Numbered from the stretch's first letter, positions 45,593 through 55,821 are shown. The stretch is DNA of 64,000 bases from Candidatus Curtissbacteria bacterium (GCA_038326365.1 JBBQJY010000001.1:12128-76127), one strand, 5' to 3'. A program made the numbers and translations. The notes: generated by a model from the sequence alone, not told the origin.

Positions 45593-47452
45593 TTAAACCC
45601 CGGTACCCACCAAGTAAACGGCTTGCCATGGGCGATAGTTAGAACGAAATGTATCATTTAGAATTAAATTCCTACCCCTATAAACTTTTCTACTAAAAAC
45701 ACTCGTAGCTCCCGCCGCCGCAAAATCCACTTGTTTTGTAACGCCTTTTGGAAGCGTTGGTTCGTCTTGATATTTTGGTTCTGGTGCTGGAACTATACTG
45801 GAAATAACAGGCTCTGTCAGCGAGACCGTCCTTCCATCGCGAGTCCCATAAATATCAACCTGTATCCGTGAATTAGCAGGATCAACATTTGACTGAACTA
45901 AAAGATAATGATCTGTGTCATTTTTAAACTGCAAATCGACGCTGGGAGAAAATATCGTCGCGTCCAAACCCGCTTTAAATCCATTCTGTTCATAATATCC
46001 AACACGATATGCATGTGCGGTTCTTTTTACAATCGGAAGGCCTGCATTCAATGCAGCGCGAAAAACAGTAGTGGAAACTTGGCAAATACCGCCACCGTCA
46101 TCCAAAACCGTCCTACCTTTATTAATAACATAAGCTTGCTTAAAACCTTGATCCTTGGAAACAGGACCTACTAAATTGTCAAAAGAAAATATATCTCCTG
46201 GTTTAATAAGCGTACCGTTTACTAAACTTGACCCAAGTCCGATATTGAACGCGCGATTCGGTATAGACCCAGCAAAGTAAGATACGCCACTGGCGATAAG
46301 CTCACGAATACCCATGGAATTGACTTCGCGATTTGCAATGTCAGCTTTTGTAACAGAAACAGGCAAAGCAATAGCTAAAGTCGAGTCGAGATTGCGATTC
46401 GCAACAGATAATTTTTCGAGTAAGAATTTTTTGGTAAGTGTTCTATCCAATTCTTGACCATCTTGAGCACTTTTAAACTCACTTACTTTTCCATTTTCAA
46501 ATTTTAAAGTTGCGTCTCTTTTTGGCTTATCTATTACTTTGGCAATACTTAATAAATATGAATCTGCTTTAAGCTCATCAATACCAACGTCTAAAATCTT
46601 GCCCTCCTCTGCTGCGACGTCCATTCGGACAATGGTTAGGCTTTGGTCACCGTATGAAGTTGTAATTAAACCTGATCTTGTGGATCCGATAGGCGAAAAA
46701 GTTAACAAATCAAATAATGATTTACCGGATAAAGTCCATTTATCTAAGCCAAAACTAAAATTAATCTGTGTCCTTAAAAGCTTGTTTGCTCGTTCAAGTG
46801 CGAGCTTGGCTCCATCATCGCCAACGTTTGCTGGTGCATCAAATATTTTCAAACTTATTTCATAATTACCTAAGTTCTCAATAGATCGTCGAACACTGGA
46901 ATAAAAGCTCTCTTTGTCAATATACTTTCCAGCTATTGCCGGTTTAATACTTGCACCATTCTGATCAAAAAATATTGACGCATCGGTTGGTGAGCTCTCC
47001 AAAAAAGAGAAACTCCGATTAATAGTCGATAAAAATTGCCCATAGTCTACGCTGTATGCGGCTCTAACACTTTTGCTTTTAAACAGCTGTATCGGGTTAA
47101 TTAAAAATTTGCTATTTCGTCCTGACTCGAAAATAGACTCAGCAGTTGCTTGTGCATCATAAGAAATGCCTAAATCCGCCATAGCCAAACTGATTTCTTC
47201 ATGACCTGTGTTAAACTTCAAATTAATATCTCCCGAATCCATATATCTACGATTTACATTGCTCAAAACCTCGTTACGAGTAAGACCCGCGTAATTTTTA
47301 CCTGCAAACACCACGTTGGGCAAAACATGATTGGAAAAATAAAAAAATGTACCTACCACGAGCAGAAGAAGGAAAAGGAAACCAGCCAAAACATATGGCA
47401 AAGCCGCTTTTTGGCGTAAAAATACCTTTTTGCTTTTCTTTTTTTTACCCAT
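45593..47452 (-). CDS. VanW-family protein (membrane-anchored)
   Basis: N-terminal TM helix. The VanW signature is DGGGICQVSTTVFRAALNAGLPIVKRTAHAY. Confidence 0.7.
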   Translation of the reverse strand: MGKKKKSKKVFLRQKAALPYVLAGFLFLLLLVVGTFFYFSNHVLPNVVFAGKNYAGLTRNEVLSNVNRRYMDSGDINLKFNTGHEEISLAMADLGISYDAQATAESIFESGRNSKFLINPIQLFKSKSVRAAYSVDYGQFLSTINRSFSFLESSPTDASIFFDQNGASIKPAIAGKYIDKESFYSSVRRSIENLGNYEISLKIFDAPANVGDDGAKLALERANKLLRTQINFSFGLDKWTLSGKSLFDLLTFSPIGSTRSGLITTSYGDQSLTIVRMDVAAEEGKILDVGIDELKADSYLLSIAKVIDKPKRDATLKFENGKVSEFKSAQDGQELDRTLTKKFLLEKLSVANRNLDSTLAIALPVSVTKADIANREVNSMGIRELIASGVSYFAGSIPNRAFNIGLGSSLVNGTLIKPGDIFSFDNLVGPVSKDQGFKQAYVINKGRTVLDDGGGICQVSTTVFRAALNAGLPIVKRTAHAYRVGYYEQNGFKAGLDATIFSPSVDLQFKNDTDHYLLVQSNVDPANSRIQVDIYGTRDGRTVSLTEPVISSIVPAPEPKYQDEPTLPKGVTKQVDFAAAGATSVFSRKVYRGRNLILNDTFRSNYRPWQAVYLVGTGV

Positions 47453-47505
47453 AGATACACGGATTATGGCTTATGATATCATAGAAATGTAGAGACTAAA
47501 TTAGA

Positions 47506-48807
47506 ATGAAAACACGCCCATTTGCAAAGATTGCTCTCGTTTTATTTTTATCAATATTCTTAACTGCTTGCAAAGCCTTTCCAACTATTGGTGGAAGCAA
47601 ACAAGTGACCCTTAAATATTGGGGCCTTTGGGAATCGGCCAATGTAGTTAATCTGGTCATCAACGATTACAAAAAAGATCATCCAAATGTAAATATAGTC
47701 TACGAAAAGAAGAGCGTACAACAATATCGAGAGTCTTTAGATTCCCAAATTAATTCTGGCAAGGGTCCGGATATATTTACTTTTCATAATACTTGGGTGC
47801 CGATGTTAGCCTCAGACCTCTCTGAAATTCCGTCAAGCCTTATTTCCGCAAGCGATATAAAAAAAGATTATTACCCGATTGTCTATAACGATATGAGAAA
47901 TTCAGCTAAAAAATTTGTTGGATTGCCAACTGGCATAGACGGTATTGGCCTTTATTGGAATGAAGACATATTTAAAGCGGCTGGGATCAGCTCTCCACCC
48001 ACAACATGGCAAGAGCTGGCTCAGGATGCGGCTAAGCTCACAGTAAAAGGGCCCGATGGCAGCATCAGAACAGCAGGCGCAGCACTGGGAACCGCATCTA
48101 ATGTTGATCATTTTTCCGATGTACTTGGGTTAATGATTCTTCAAAACGGAGGCGATATCAAAAACCCCACAGACCAAAGGTCGGCCGATACTCTTGATTA
48201 CTATACCAAGTTTGCAAAGGGAGAAAACAGAGTTTGGGACGAAACTCAACCTGCCTCAACGACAGCATTTATCGGCGGTAATCTCGCTATGTATTTTGCT
48301 CCAAGTTGGCGGGTCGCAGATATTAAAGCAATTGCTCCTTCATTAAACTTCAAAATTGCTCCGGTCCCACAATTGGGAGATAGCAATAAGGTTTCATGGG
48401 CAAGTTATTGGGCAACAGGTGTATCTATAAAATCTACAAGCCAAGAAGAAGCTTGGAAATTTGTTAAATTCATGGAGGAGGACAAAAACCTTATCAAAGT
48501 TTATGACGAAGCTAGTAAAACTCAACAACGAATCTTCGGCCAACCGTACCCAAAAATTTCCCTAGCAAATACACTATCCAGCGACCCATACGTCGGTGCT
48601 TATATTACCGACGCACCTTACATGAAGTCGTTTTCAATGGCTTCAAGAACTTTTGACAGCGGCCTAAATGATCAAATAATTAAAGCCTACGAAGATGCGG
48701 TTAACAAAAGCTTGCAGGGGAATCCTTCAACAGAAGCTCTTAAAGTGACAGCTGATACTATTGCAAAAACATTAACCAAATTCACGTCCGCCCCCCCAGT
48801 TAAATAA
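47506..48807 (+). CDS. ABC-transporter solute-binding lipoprotein (family 1, sugar type)
   Basis: Lipobox LTAC. 433 aa, typical of extracellular solute-binding proteins. No permease or ATPase gene is adjacent. Confidence 0.65.
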   Translation: MKTRPFAKIALVLFLSIFLTACKAFPTIGGSKQVTLKYWGLWESANVVNLVINDYKKDHPNVNIVYEKKSVQQYRESLDSQINSGKGPDIFTFHNTWVPMLASDLSEIPSSLISASDIKKDYYPIVYNDMRNSAKKFVGLPTGIDGIGLYWNEDIFKAAGISSPPTTWQELAQDAAKLTVKGPDGSIRTAGAALGTASNVDHFSDVLGLMILQNGGDIKNPTDQRSADTLDYYTKFAKGENRVWDETQPASTTAFIGGNLAMYFAPSWRVADIKAIAPSLNFKIAPVPQLGDSNKVSWASYWATGVSIKSTSQEEAWKFVKFMEEDKNLIKVYDEASKTQQRIFGQPYPKISLANTLSSDPYVGAYITDAPYMKSFSMASRTFDSGLNDQIIKAYEDAVNKSLQGNPSTEALKVTADTIAKTLTKFTSAPPVK

Positions 48808-48848
48808 CCCGTTCTAATTTTCGCTAGCCTGCTGTATATTGCTCGGAC

Positions 48849-49709
48849 ATGAATATTACCTTAGCCATTTTAAAAACTTTGGCCTATCACGACATTTTCG
48901 ATTATCCGCTGACACAAGCTGAGTTATACAATTATTTAATAGATGCTAAAACCACTCCAAGAATACTTTCGAAAAATCTAGGATCAATAAAGGATGTTGA
49001 AAGCCGTGCAAACTATTATTGTCTTAAAGGCAGAGACAAAATAATCAAACTCCGTAAAAGCAGAGAAGCTATATCAAAGAGGAAGTTTAAAAAGGCCCAA
49101 CATTTTGCTAGAATTTTGTCCCTTATTCCTTATGTAAAATTTGTCGGCTTAACCGGTGCACTTGCCATGGAAAACAGCTCAGAAAGTGATGATATCGACC
49201 TTCTGATTATCAGTGCCAAAAATAGCCTTTGGACGACACGGTTCTTGACAAATCTATCGCTGTTCCCATACAAAAGAAGCCCTAAGTCACAAAAACAAAA
49301 AAACAAAGCATGCCTAAATATATTTATAGAAGAAGCGCACTTAACAATCAGTGAACAGAACATCTATACCGCGCACGAAATCTCTCAAATAATTCCACTT
49401 TACAACAAAGGAAAAACTTACCATAAGTTTATAGATGCCAATAATTGGCTTTACAAACATTTGCCCAATTGGCAGCCTAAAGTTATTAGTTGCAAACAAA
49501 ATAATTCCAACGCAGTTTTGTCGGCATCCTCTTTAGAAAGTCTTTTAATGCGTTTGCAACTTGGTTATATGAAGTCCAAAATAACTTCTGAAAAAATTGG
49601 CACTTATCAGCTATTTTTTCATCCAAAAGCAACGGAAGACAGAATACTCAAAATCTTCAAAACCAGGCTCAAAAGTCTTTCAGTTGACGAAGAAAGTCAA
49701 GAAGTATAA
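48849..49709 (+). CDS. Hypothetical protein, possibly nucleotidyltransferase fold
   Basis: GLTGALAMENSSESDDIDLLII resembles the GS...D.D Pol-beta NTase motif. The call is weak. Confidence 0.35.
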   Translation: MNITLAILKTLAYHDIFDYPLTQAELYNYLIDAKTTPRILSKNLGSIKDVESRANYYCLKGRDKIIKLRKSREAISKRKFKKAQHFARILSLIPYVKFVGLTGALAMENSSESDDIDLLIISAKNSLWTTRFLTNLSLFPYKRSPKSQKQKNKACLNIFIEEAHLTISEQNIYTAHEISQIIPLYNKGKTYHKFIDANNWLYKHLPNWQPKVISCKQNNSNAVLSASSLESLLMRLQLGYMKSKITSEKIGTYQLFFHPKATEDRILKIFKTRLKSLSVDEESQEV

Positions 49710-49720
49710 GATACGCCCCC

Positions 49721-49969
49721 ATGCTTATTCTTGTGCGTAAAGTCCAGCAAGGTATCTGGATAGAAGGCGATATATGGGTCAAAGTCTTGTCTATCGAACG
49801 TGACGGAGTAAAACTTGGCATTACGGCGCCCGATGATGTTAAGGTTATTAGACAAGAACTCGTTGCCGAACTTGAAATTCCAGAGGATTTGGCAAATCCT
49901 GGGAAACCTAAAGACCATTTAGGTGGTATGTCACAAGGTCCAGAAGCTCCTCGTGGCCGGAATCTCTGA
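49721..49969 (+). CDS. csrA: Carbon storage regulator CsrA
   Basis: MLILVRKVQQGIWIEGDIWVKVLSIERDGVKLGITAPDDVKVIRQEL matches the CsrA consensus. Confidence 0.8.
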   Translation: MLILVRKVQQGIWIEGDIWVKVLSIERDGVKLGITAPDDVKVIRQELVAELEIPEDLANPGKPKDHLGGMSQGPEAPRGRNL

Positions 49970-49980
49970 ATCACAACTTC

Positions 49981-50010
49981 TTGACATGCCCTCTCAAATT
50001 TTGAGATAAT
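49981..50010 (+). promoter_or_regulatory. Sigma-70-like promoter for pyrG (TTGACA-N18-TGaGATAAT)
   Basis: ttgaca at 49981-49986 and an extended -10 tgagataat at 50002-50010. The predicted TSS is about 50015-50017, in ggcgggc. Confidence 0.45.
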
Positions 50011-50018
50011 TCTGGCGG

Positions 50019-50074
50019 GCACCCCAAGTGGGTGCAGTAAGTCCCCTGAGCGCAAAGCGGAAGGGGATTTTTTT
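50019..50074 (+). terminator. pyrG leader: an upstream hairpin plus an intrinsic terminator hairpin (tcccct...agggga + T7) that sequesters the RBS immediately before the pyrG ATG
   Basis: gcaccc (50019-50024) pairs with gggtgc (50030-50035). tcccct (50042-50047) pairs with agggga (50062-50067), followed by ttttttt (50068-50074). The ATG is at 50075. Confidence 0.5.
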
Positions 50075-51703
50075 ATGAATACAAAAGTTATCTTTGTATC
50101 TGGCGGAGTAATTTCTGGAATAGGAAAGGGCGTTGCTACCTCAAGTATCGGCCTTCTTTTAAAATCTCGGGGTTTCAAAGTCACCGCAATTAAAGCAGAT
50201 CCCTACTTAAACGTCGATGCCGGTACCTTGAACCCGATAGAGCACGGTGAAGTTTTCATTCTTGACGACGGTATGGAGTGTGATCAAGACCTTGGCAATT
50301 ACGAACGTTTCCTAAATCAAAGTCTCAACTCAACGAACTACATGACGACTGGCCAGGTTTTCAAAACGATTATAGACAAAGAACGAGCTCTAGGCTATGA
50401 AGGTAAAACAGTAGAATTTTTTCAAGATCCGCCTAGAGAAATCATCAAACGTATTCAAGATTGTGCAAAATTTAACAAGGCGGAAATAATTGTCTTTGAA
50501 ATTGGCGGGACGGTAGGGGAGTATCAGAACCTGCTTTATCTCGAAGCAAATCGCCTAATGAAGTTAACCAGCCCTCGAGACATTTTACATATCCATCTCA
50601 CTTATCTGCCTATTCCTTCATCAATAGGGGAGATGAAGAGCAAACCTGCCCAAATGTCTATCCAGCAACTCGCTCAAGCCGGGATTCACGCAGACTTTGT
50701 TCTTGCACGCTCTCAGGTAGCAGTAGACGAAAAACGAAAAGAAAAAATCGCAATCGCCGTTGGCATCGAGCAAGACAGCATAATTTCTGCTCCAGATGTC
50801 GAAAGCATCTATCAGGTACCTCTAAACTTTGAAAATCAAAATCTTTCCGAAAAAATTCTGCAAAAATTGGGAACAAAACCAAGAAAAAGTGATCTTTCGG
50901 ATTGGAAAGTGATGGTCAATAGCACTCTTACAGCCAAAAAAACAGCCAAAATTGCTATGGTCGGGAAATATTTCTCGACTGGCGATTTTACACTCTCCGA
51001 CGCTTATCTTTCTGTCATCGAATCAATTAGGCACGCAGCCAGTCGCTTTGACATTAAAGCGAAAATTGCCTGGATCGATTCTGCTCAAGTAGAAAAAGAG
51101 GGTGTGAACCTTTTAGCAGGATACGACGGTATCGTGGTTCCTGGCGGCTATGGTTCTCGCGCGGTGGACGGCATTTTAACCGCTATCAAATTCGCTCGGG
51201 AGGCAAAGATTCCGTACTTTGGTCTTTGTTATGGCATGCAACAATTAGCAATTGAGTTTGCAAGGAACGTTTGCCAAATGCGCGACGCTAACACCACAGA
51301 AATTGACCCAAACACAAAACACCCCATAATCCATGTCATGGAATCGCAAAAAGATTTGGTGAAATACCATAAACTTGGGGGAACGCAAAGACTCGGATCC
51401 TGGGAATGGAAAGCAAAAAAGGGCACAAAATTTGCTGAATCTTATAAGTCACTCACAGGCTTTGACCGTCATCGCCACCGTTACGAATTTAACAATGAAT
51501 TTAGAAAGCCTCTCGAGGATAAGGGTCTGATAATCTCCGCAACAACAAAAGACGACAAGCTCGTAGAAGCGTTAGAATTAAAAGATCACCCCTTCTTTGT
51601 TGGGGTACAATTTCACCCAGAGCTTAAATCTCGCCCTCTTGCCCCCCACCCACTTTACGTGTCGTTTATGGAAGCCGTTTCAAAGCAAAATAAACCACGC
51701 TGA
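50075..51703 (+). CDS. pyrG: CTP synthase
   Basis: MNTKVIFVSGGVISGIGKGVATSSIGLLLK. Glutamine amidotransferase region GLCYGMQ. 542 aa. Confidence 0.95.
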   Translation: MNTKVIFVSGGVISGIGKGVATSSIGLLLKSRGFKVTAIKADPYLNVDAGTLNPIEHGEVFILDDGMECDQDLGNYERFLNQSLNSTNYMTTGQVFKTIIDKERALGYEGKTVEFFQDPPREIIKRIQDCAKFNKAEIIVFEIGGTVGEYQNLLYLEANRLMKLTSPRDILHIHLTYLPIPSSIGEMKSKPAQMSIQQLAQAGIHADFVLARSQVAVDEKRKEKIAIAVGIEQDSIISAPDVESIYQVPLNFENQNLSEKILQKLGTKPRKSDLSDWKVMVNSTLTAKKTAKIAMVGKYFSTGDFTLSDAYLSVIESIRHAASRFDIKAKIAWIDSAQVEKEGVNLLAGYDGIVVPGGYGSRAVDGILTAIKFAREAKIPYFGLCYGMQQLAIEFARNVCQMRDANTTEIDPNTKHPIIHVMESQKDLVKYHKLGGTQRLGSWEWKAKKGTKFAESYKSLTGFDRHRHRYEFNNEFRKPLEDKGLIISATTKDDKLVEALELKDHPFFVGVQFHPELKSRPLAPHPLYVSFMEAVSKQNKPR

Positions 51704-51793
51704 GCCACCTATTTCTGTTCTGAAGAGATGTCTCTATTGCTATGGTCTTTCTAGTAATTCGGATTTTGTGCGAACGGTTTTAAAACAAACTAC

Positions 51794-51821
51794 TTGACAA
51801 AGCGAAAATACTTGATAAAAT
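51794..51821 (+). promoter_or_regulatory. Sigma-70-like promoter for groES-groEL (TTGACA-N16-TGaTAAAAT)
   Basis: ttgaca at 51794-51799 and tgataaaat at 51813-51821. Confidence 0.5.
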
Positions 51822-51822
51822 A

Positions 51823-51849
51823 TTAGCAGTCGCAAGCAATTAGTGCTTA
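51823..51849 (+). promoter_or_regulatory. Degenerate CIRCE-like (HrcA operator) element, TTAGCAGTC-N9-TAGTGCTTA
   Basis: Compared with the consensus TTAGCACTC-N9-GAGTGCTAA it has 3 mismatches. It lies immediately downstream of the -10 and upstream of groES. Confidence 0.35.
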
Positions 51850-51879
51850 GCGATCTTTCCATAAAATTGCCCGAAAGTT

Positions 51880-52164
51880 ATGATTAAACCATTAGCCGGA
51901 TATGTCCTTATAGAACCCGCACCAAAAGAAACCAAAACAGCGTCTGGAATCCTATTGCCAGATTCCGCGGAAGAAAAACCTCAAGAAGGTAAAGTGTTAG
52001 CCTGCGGAGATGCCGCTATGGTCGATGACAAAGAGGTTAGTTGTCCTGTTAAAGTAGGGGATAGGGTGATTTACAAAAAATGGGGCGGGAACGAAATTAA
52101 AGATACAGGCAAAGATTTACTCTTAATCAAATTTGATGACCTGATGGCCATCGTTACAAAATAA
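51880..52164 (+). CDS. groES: Co-chaperonin GroES
   Basis: 94 aa, [13 protein letters not shown]... Confidence 0.95.
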   Translation: MIKPLAGYVLIEPAPKETKTASGILLPDSAEEKPQEGKVLACGDAAMVDDKEVSCPVKVGDRVIYKKWGGNEIKDTGKDLLLIKFDDLMAIVTK

Positions 52165-52165
52165 T

Positions 52166-53791
52166 ATGGCAAAACAATTAATTTACGCAGAAGAAGCAAG
52201 AACAAAATTGAAAGCCGGTGTTGATAAGCTAGCAGCTGCCGTTGCAACTACTCTTGGTCCTAAAGGTAGGAATGTGGCTTTAGACAAGAAGTGGGGAGCC
52301 CCAAACGTCATCCATGACGGTGTTACGGTTGCCAAAGAAGTGGAACTAGAAGACCCTTTTGAAAACATGGGTGCGAGCCTTGTGCGAGAAGCAGCCAGCA
52401 AAACAAACGATATCGCCGGAGACGGTACGACTACAGCAACAGTTTTAGCCCAAGCAATCGTAGACCAGGGCCTTAAGAACGTAACAGCAGGTTCAAATCC
52501 CATGATTCTTAAAAAAGGTGTAGAAAAAGCAACCGAAGCAGTAGTAGCCGAGCTCAAAAGAATGGCCAAGAAAGTTAATGCTCCTGAAGAAATTCAAAAA
52601 ATAGCCACAATTTCAGCTGCTGACATAACTATCGGTCAAATGATTGCCCAAGCATTGGAGAAAGTAGGCCCGGACGGTGTTGTAACAGTTGAGGAGAGCA
52701 AAGGGTTGGAAACTTCAGTAGACACCAAAGAAGGAATGGAGTTTGATAGGGGATTTATCTCTAGCTACTTTGTTTCAGACACAGAAAAAATGAAAGCAGT
52801 AGTAGAGGACGCTCACATTTTAATTACAGACCAAAAGATAGCTTCACTAAACGACCTTCTTCAATTTTTAGAAAACTTTGTCAAAATGTCCAAAAATTTG
52901 GTAATTATTGCTGATGAAGTAGAAGGTGAAGCTTTAGCAACACTGGTTGTTAACAAAATTCGCGGTACCTTTAACGTTCTTGCAATAAAAGCTCCGGGTT
53001 TCGGAGATCGCCGCAAAGAAATGCTCGAAGACATTGCAATCTTAACCGGGGGTACCGTTATCTCCGAGGACCTTGGACGCAAGTTAGAATCCGTAACAGT
53101 GGAAGACCTTGGTCGAGCAGACCAGGTGGTTTCCGACAAAGAAAATACAATCATTGTTGGAGGCAAAGGAGCAAAAAGTGCAATTGAAGGCAGGATAAAA
53201 CAAATTCGAACAGAGCTTGACTCAACAGACAGTGATTTCGATCGCGAAAAGCTACAAGAGAGACTTGCCAAACTTAGCGGAGGAGTGGCGGTCATCAATG
53301 TTGGCGCTGCAACCGAGGTTGAGCTTAAAGAGAAAAAAGAAAGAGTTGACGATGCAGTACACGCAACTAAAGCAGCGGTAGAAGAAGGTTATGTTGTAGG
53401 TGGGGGAGTAGCCCTGGTACGTGCCAGCAAAGTCCTCGATAAATTAATCGCTTCAACTACAATTGTTGACGAGCGGATTGGGGTGGAAATTGTCAAAGAA
53501 GCGCTTTTGAAACCATTAGCCAAACTAGCATCAAATGCAGGTATGGATGCTGGCTGGGTTGTTAAAGAAGTAGAAAAAGCCTCCGGCAACGTCGGTCTAA
53601 ATGCTCTAACAGGAAAATTTGAAGACTTGGCAGTTGCAGGTGTAATCGACCCTGTCAAAGTTACGCGCACTGCGCTCCAAAATGCCTCATCTGTTGCAAT
53701 GATGATCTTAACTACGGAAGCTTTAATTACTGACCTTCCCGAAAAAGACAAAGCTCCAATGATGCCACCAGGCGGCATGGGAGATTATTGA
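52166..53791 (+). CDS. groEL: Chaperonin GroEL
   Basis: 541 aa, [14 protein letters not shown]...[13 protein letters not shown]... C-terminal GGM tail. Confidence 0.95.
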   Translation: MAKQLIYAEEARTKLKAGVDKLAAAVATTLGPKGRNVALDKKWGAPNVIHDGVTVAKEVELEDPFENMGASLVREAASKTNDIAGDGTTTATVLAQAIVDQGLKNVTAGSNPMILKKGVEKATEAVVAELKRMAKKVNAPEEIQKIATISAADITIGQMIAQALEKVGPDGVVTVEESKGLETSVDTKEGMEFDRGFISSYFVSDTEKMKAVVEDAHILITDQKIASLNDLLQFLENFVKMSKNLVIIADEVEGEALATLVVNKIRGTFNVLAIKAPGFGDRRKEMLEDIAILTGGTVISEDLGRKLESVTVEDLGRADQVVSDKENTIIVGGKGAKSAIEGRIKQIRTELDSTDSDFDREKLQERLAKLSGGVAVINVGAATEVELKEKKERVDDAVHATKAAVEEGYVVGGGVALVRASKVLDKLIASTTIVDERIGVEIVKEALLKPLAKLASNAGMDAGWVVKEVEKASGNVGLNALTGKFEDLAVAGVIDPVKVTRTALQNASSVAMMILTTEALITDLPEKDKAPMMPPGGMGDY

Positions 53792-54155
53792 TCCTATTCC
53801 AACAATCTAATTTCTTAACGTTATAAATCTAGGAGTGTATTCTAGAATTGTATCCGAAATAAAGAGCGGTTGCGTCCACGGATGATAAACAAGAAAAAAG
53901 TGGATGGACTAGCACTCGAGGAATCACCTCAAACCAACTCCACGCTTAACTATTTGGAAAATTCAAAAAGACATCGAGTTTTGTAAAAGGTAGAGAACTG
54001 GCGAAAGTGAGTTGGATACTCAGAGACACAGCCAGAACCTATTGCAATGACAAGTCCGCCAAGATCTGCACCTACTACATTTAAAATAGGGAATTCGTTG
54101 CGACGATCTGAAAAATTGAAGTTAAGATCCACTAAATATGAGTGGTGGAAAAGTA

Positions 54156-54434
54156 TTATTCTTTCTTGTGTTTTTCATCCTCAATTTTGAACATCTTTGT
54201 TAACTGGTAAGTAACGAGTACAGCAATGATTGTAATTATGACTGCGTAAATAAACTTTGACAGAATTCCCGTGCCAACGGAAAGATATTTGTTTACAACT
54301 TCATTAACAAATTCTTGTATTGCCTCATTCCATGCCAGCGCTGCTACTACGCCAAAACCTGCAGAAGATAACGTTATCATCTGCCGGATCAGCTCTTTTC
54401 TGAAATCAGTTCCTATGTTTTTAACCTTATCCAT
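54156..54434 (-). CDS. Small membrane protein (92 aa, two TM helices)
   Basis: Hydrophobic helices AGFGVVAALAW and FIYAVIITIIAVLVTY. Confidence 0.45.
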   Translation of the reverse strand: MDKVKNIGTDFRKELIRQMITLSSAGFGVVAALAWNEAIQEFVNEVVNKYLSVGTGILSKFIYAVIITIIAVLVTYQLTKMFKIEDEKHKKE

Positions 54435-54498
54435 CTAAGTTTCGGCTATTATCCTAAATAATCACCACATTCTCAAGTCCATAAGCCGTAGCGCCTTC

Positions 54499-55155
54499 TC
54501 ATTTTAAAACAATTTTAATGTGTGCATTTTCAACATGAGCCGCCGCATTCGGGTCATCTGACTTGGCTATTACTCGATACAGTTTTGAGCCAGTTGCCAA
54601 TGGCACATAATTAGACGTCACCAGAGTAGAAGTAGAAGTTGGATTTGTCACGCGACTTTCGATGAGGGGATTATTGTCTGTAACATTCTTTAGCTCGGCC
54701 CAAGCACGGCCGTTTCCTCCGTCAGTCCAAAGGGATGCTTCGAAAACAGCGTAGTCAATCGCGGGATACTTGGATAAATCTAAGTTAATTTCCACTCCCG
54801 ATAAGTCGACGAAGTCAGTACTTTTTGTTTGGCCGCTCCCCAAAGGGATAAAAATCTCCTTATATGGTGTTTGCACGATAATCGGCGGAGTAGGCGATGG
54901 GCTCGCAACTGGCATTTTTGTACTCTCGAGACTTCGAGTGGTTGTGGTAGAAGGCTCAGGGCTAGGCGAGGAAGTGCTTATAGTCGGAGTGGGTGAGGAT
55001 TTGATGTTGACTGGAACCGCACTGTTAAGCTGAGGAAGCTGCTTATCTCCTTTATTTAAAATCCACCAGTTAATAAATACTAGATCAAATACTGCCAATA
55101 CAAATACGGCAAAAACAAATTTGCCGAAAATATTTCCGCTCAACGTTTCGTCCAT
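54499..55155 (-). CDS. Hypothetical membrane-anchored protein with a Pro/Thr/Ser linker and a beta-rich C-terminal domain
   Basis: N-terminal TM VFAVFVLAVFDLVFINWWIL, then SPTPTISTSSPSPEPSTTTT. Confidence 0.45.
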   Translation of the reverse strand: MDETLSGNIFGKFVFAVFVLAVFDLVFINWWILNKGDKQLPQLNSAVPVNIKSSPTPTISTSSPSPEPSTTTTRSLESTKMPVASPSPTPPIIVQTPYKEIFIPLGSGQTKSTDFVDLSGVEINLDLSKYPAIDYAVFEASLWTDGGNGRAWAELKNVTDNNPLIESRVTNPTSTSTLVTSNYVPLATGSKLYRVIAKSDDPNAAAHVENAHIKIVLK

Positions 55156-55215
55156 TGCAACTTAATTCTAGCAATCAATTGCCATTTAATAAAAGCCTAA
55201 GCTAAACTAAAGCTA

Positions 55216-55821
55216 GTGATAACTAAATCTCCGTCAAAAAGTCAAAAGAAAAAGCTATCAAAATTATTAAGTCGCGGTGAACAAGTCATCTATGTAACAA
55301 GTATTGGTACCCGATACTTTTACATTAATTTGCTCTTCATGCTTTTTATTCCTCTAGTTTTAACTTACGTTGGTATTTTCATGTTTTTCGGACTCATTAG
55401 CATCCCCAATTATGATTGGATTAAGTATCTCGGAATTTTTCCATTAATCCTTCTTGTTATAAATACTCCCAAATATAGCCATCTAATTAGGATGAAACAA
55501 TCTTTCACTTACGCTCTAACCAATAGGCGATTCCTTATAATTAGAGGTATTTTTTCCAGAAAAATTGTCACAGCCCCTTTGACGGCAATTACGCACGTTA
55601 CTGTCGAACAATCATTTATGCAAAGATTCTTCTACGATACTGGTGATTTGGTCATAATCACAGCAGGTTTCGACCAAAGAGAAATTGTAATTGAAAACAT
55701 AGGGAGCCCGCTCGAATTCAAAATTCTAATCGAGGAGTTAACGGAAAAAATAGAAGATGGTTGGACTGCCGAAGAGGAATCTCCCAAAGCAGATTTCAAA
55801 TTAAAATCTCTTGAGACTTAA
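55216..55821 (+). CDS. Bacterial PH-domain (bPH_2 / YdbT-like) membrane protein
   Basis: Two TM helices, then YALTNRRFLIIRGIFSRKIVTAPLTAITHVTVEQSFMQRFFYDTGDLVI, typical of bPH_2. Confidence 0.55.
   Translation: MITKSPSKSQKKKLSKLLSRGEQVIYVTSIGTRYFYINLLFMLFIPLVLTYVGIFMFFGLISIPNYDWIKYLGIFPLILLVINTPKYSHLIRMKQSFTYALTNRRFLIIRGIFSRKIVTAPLTAITHVTVEQSFMQRFFYDTGDLVIITAGFDQREIVIENIGSPLEFKILIEELTEKIEDGWTAEEESPKADFKLKSLET

Noticed and set aside
53792-54155. 60-aa ORF 53950..54132(-) in the groEL downstream spacer
   Set aside because: It has no ribosome-binding site, odd composition and no conservation cue, so it is probably non-coding. I saw no convincing terminator or ncRNA structure in this 364-nt spacer either, and I leave it unannotated.
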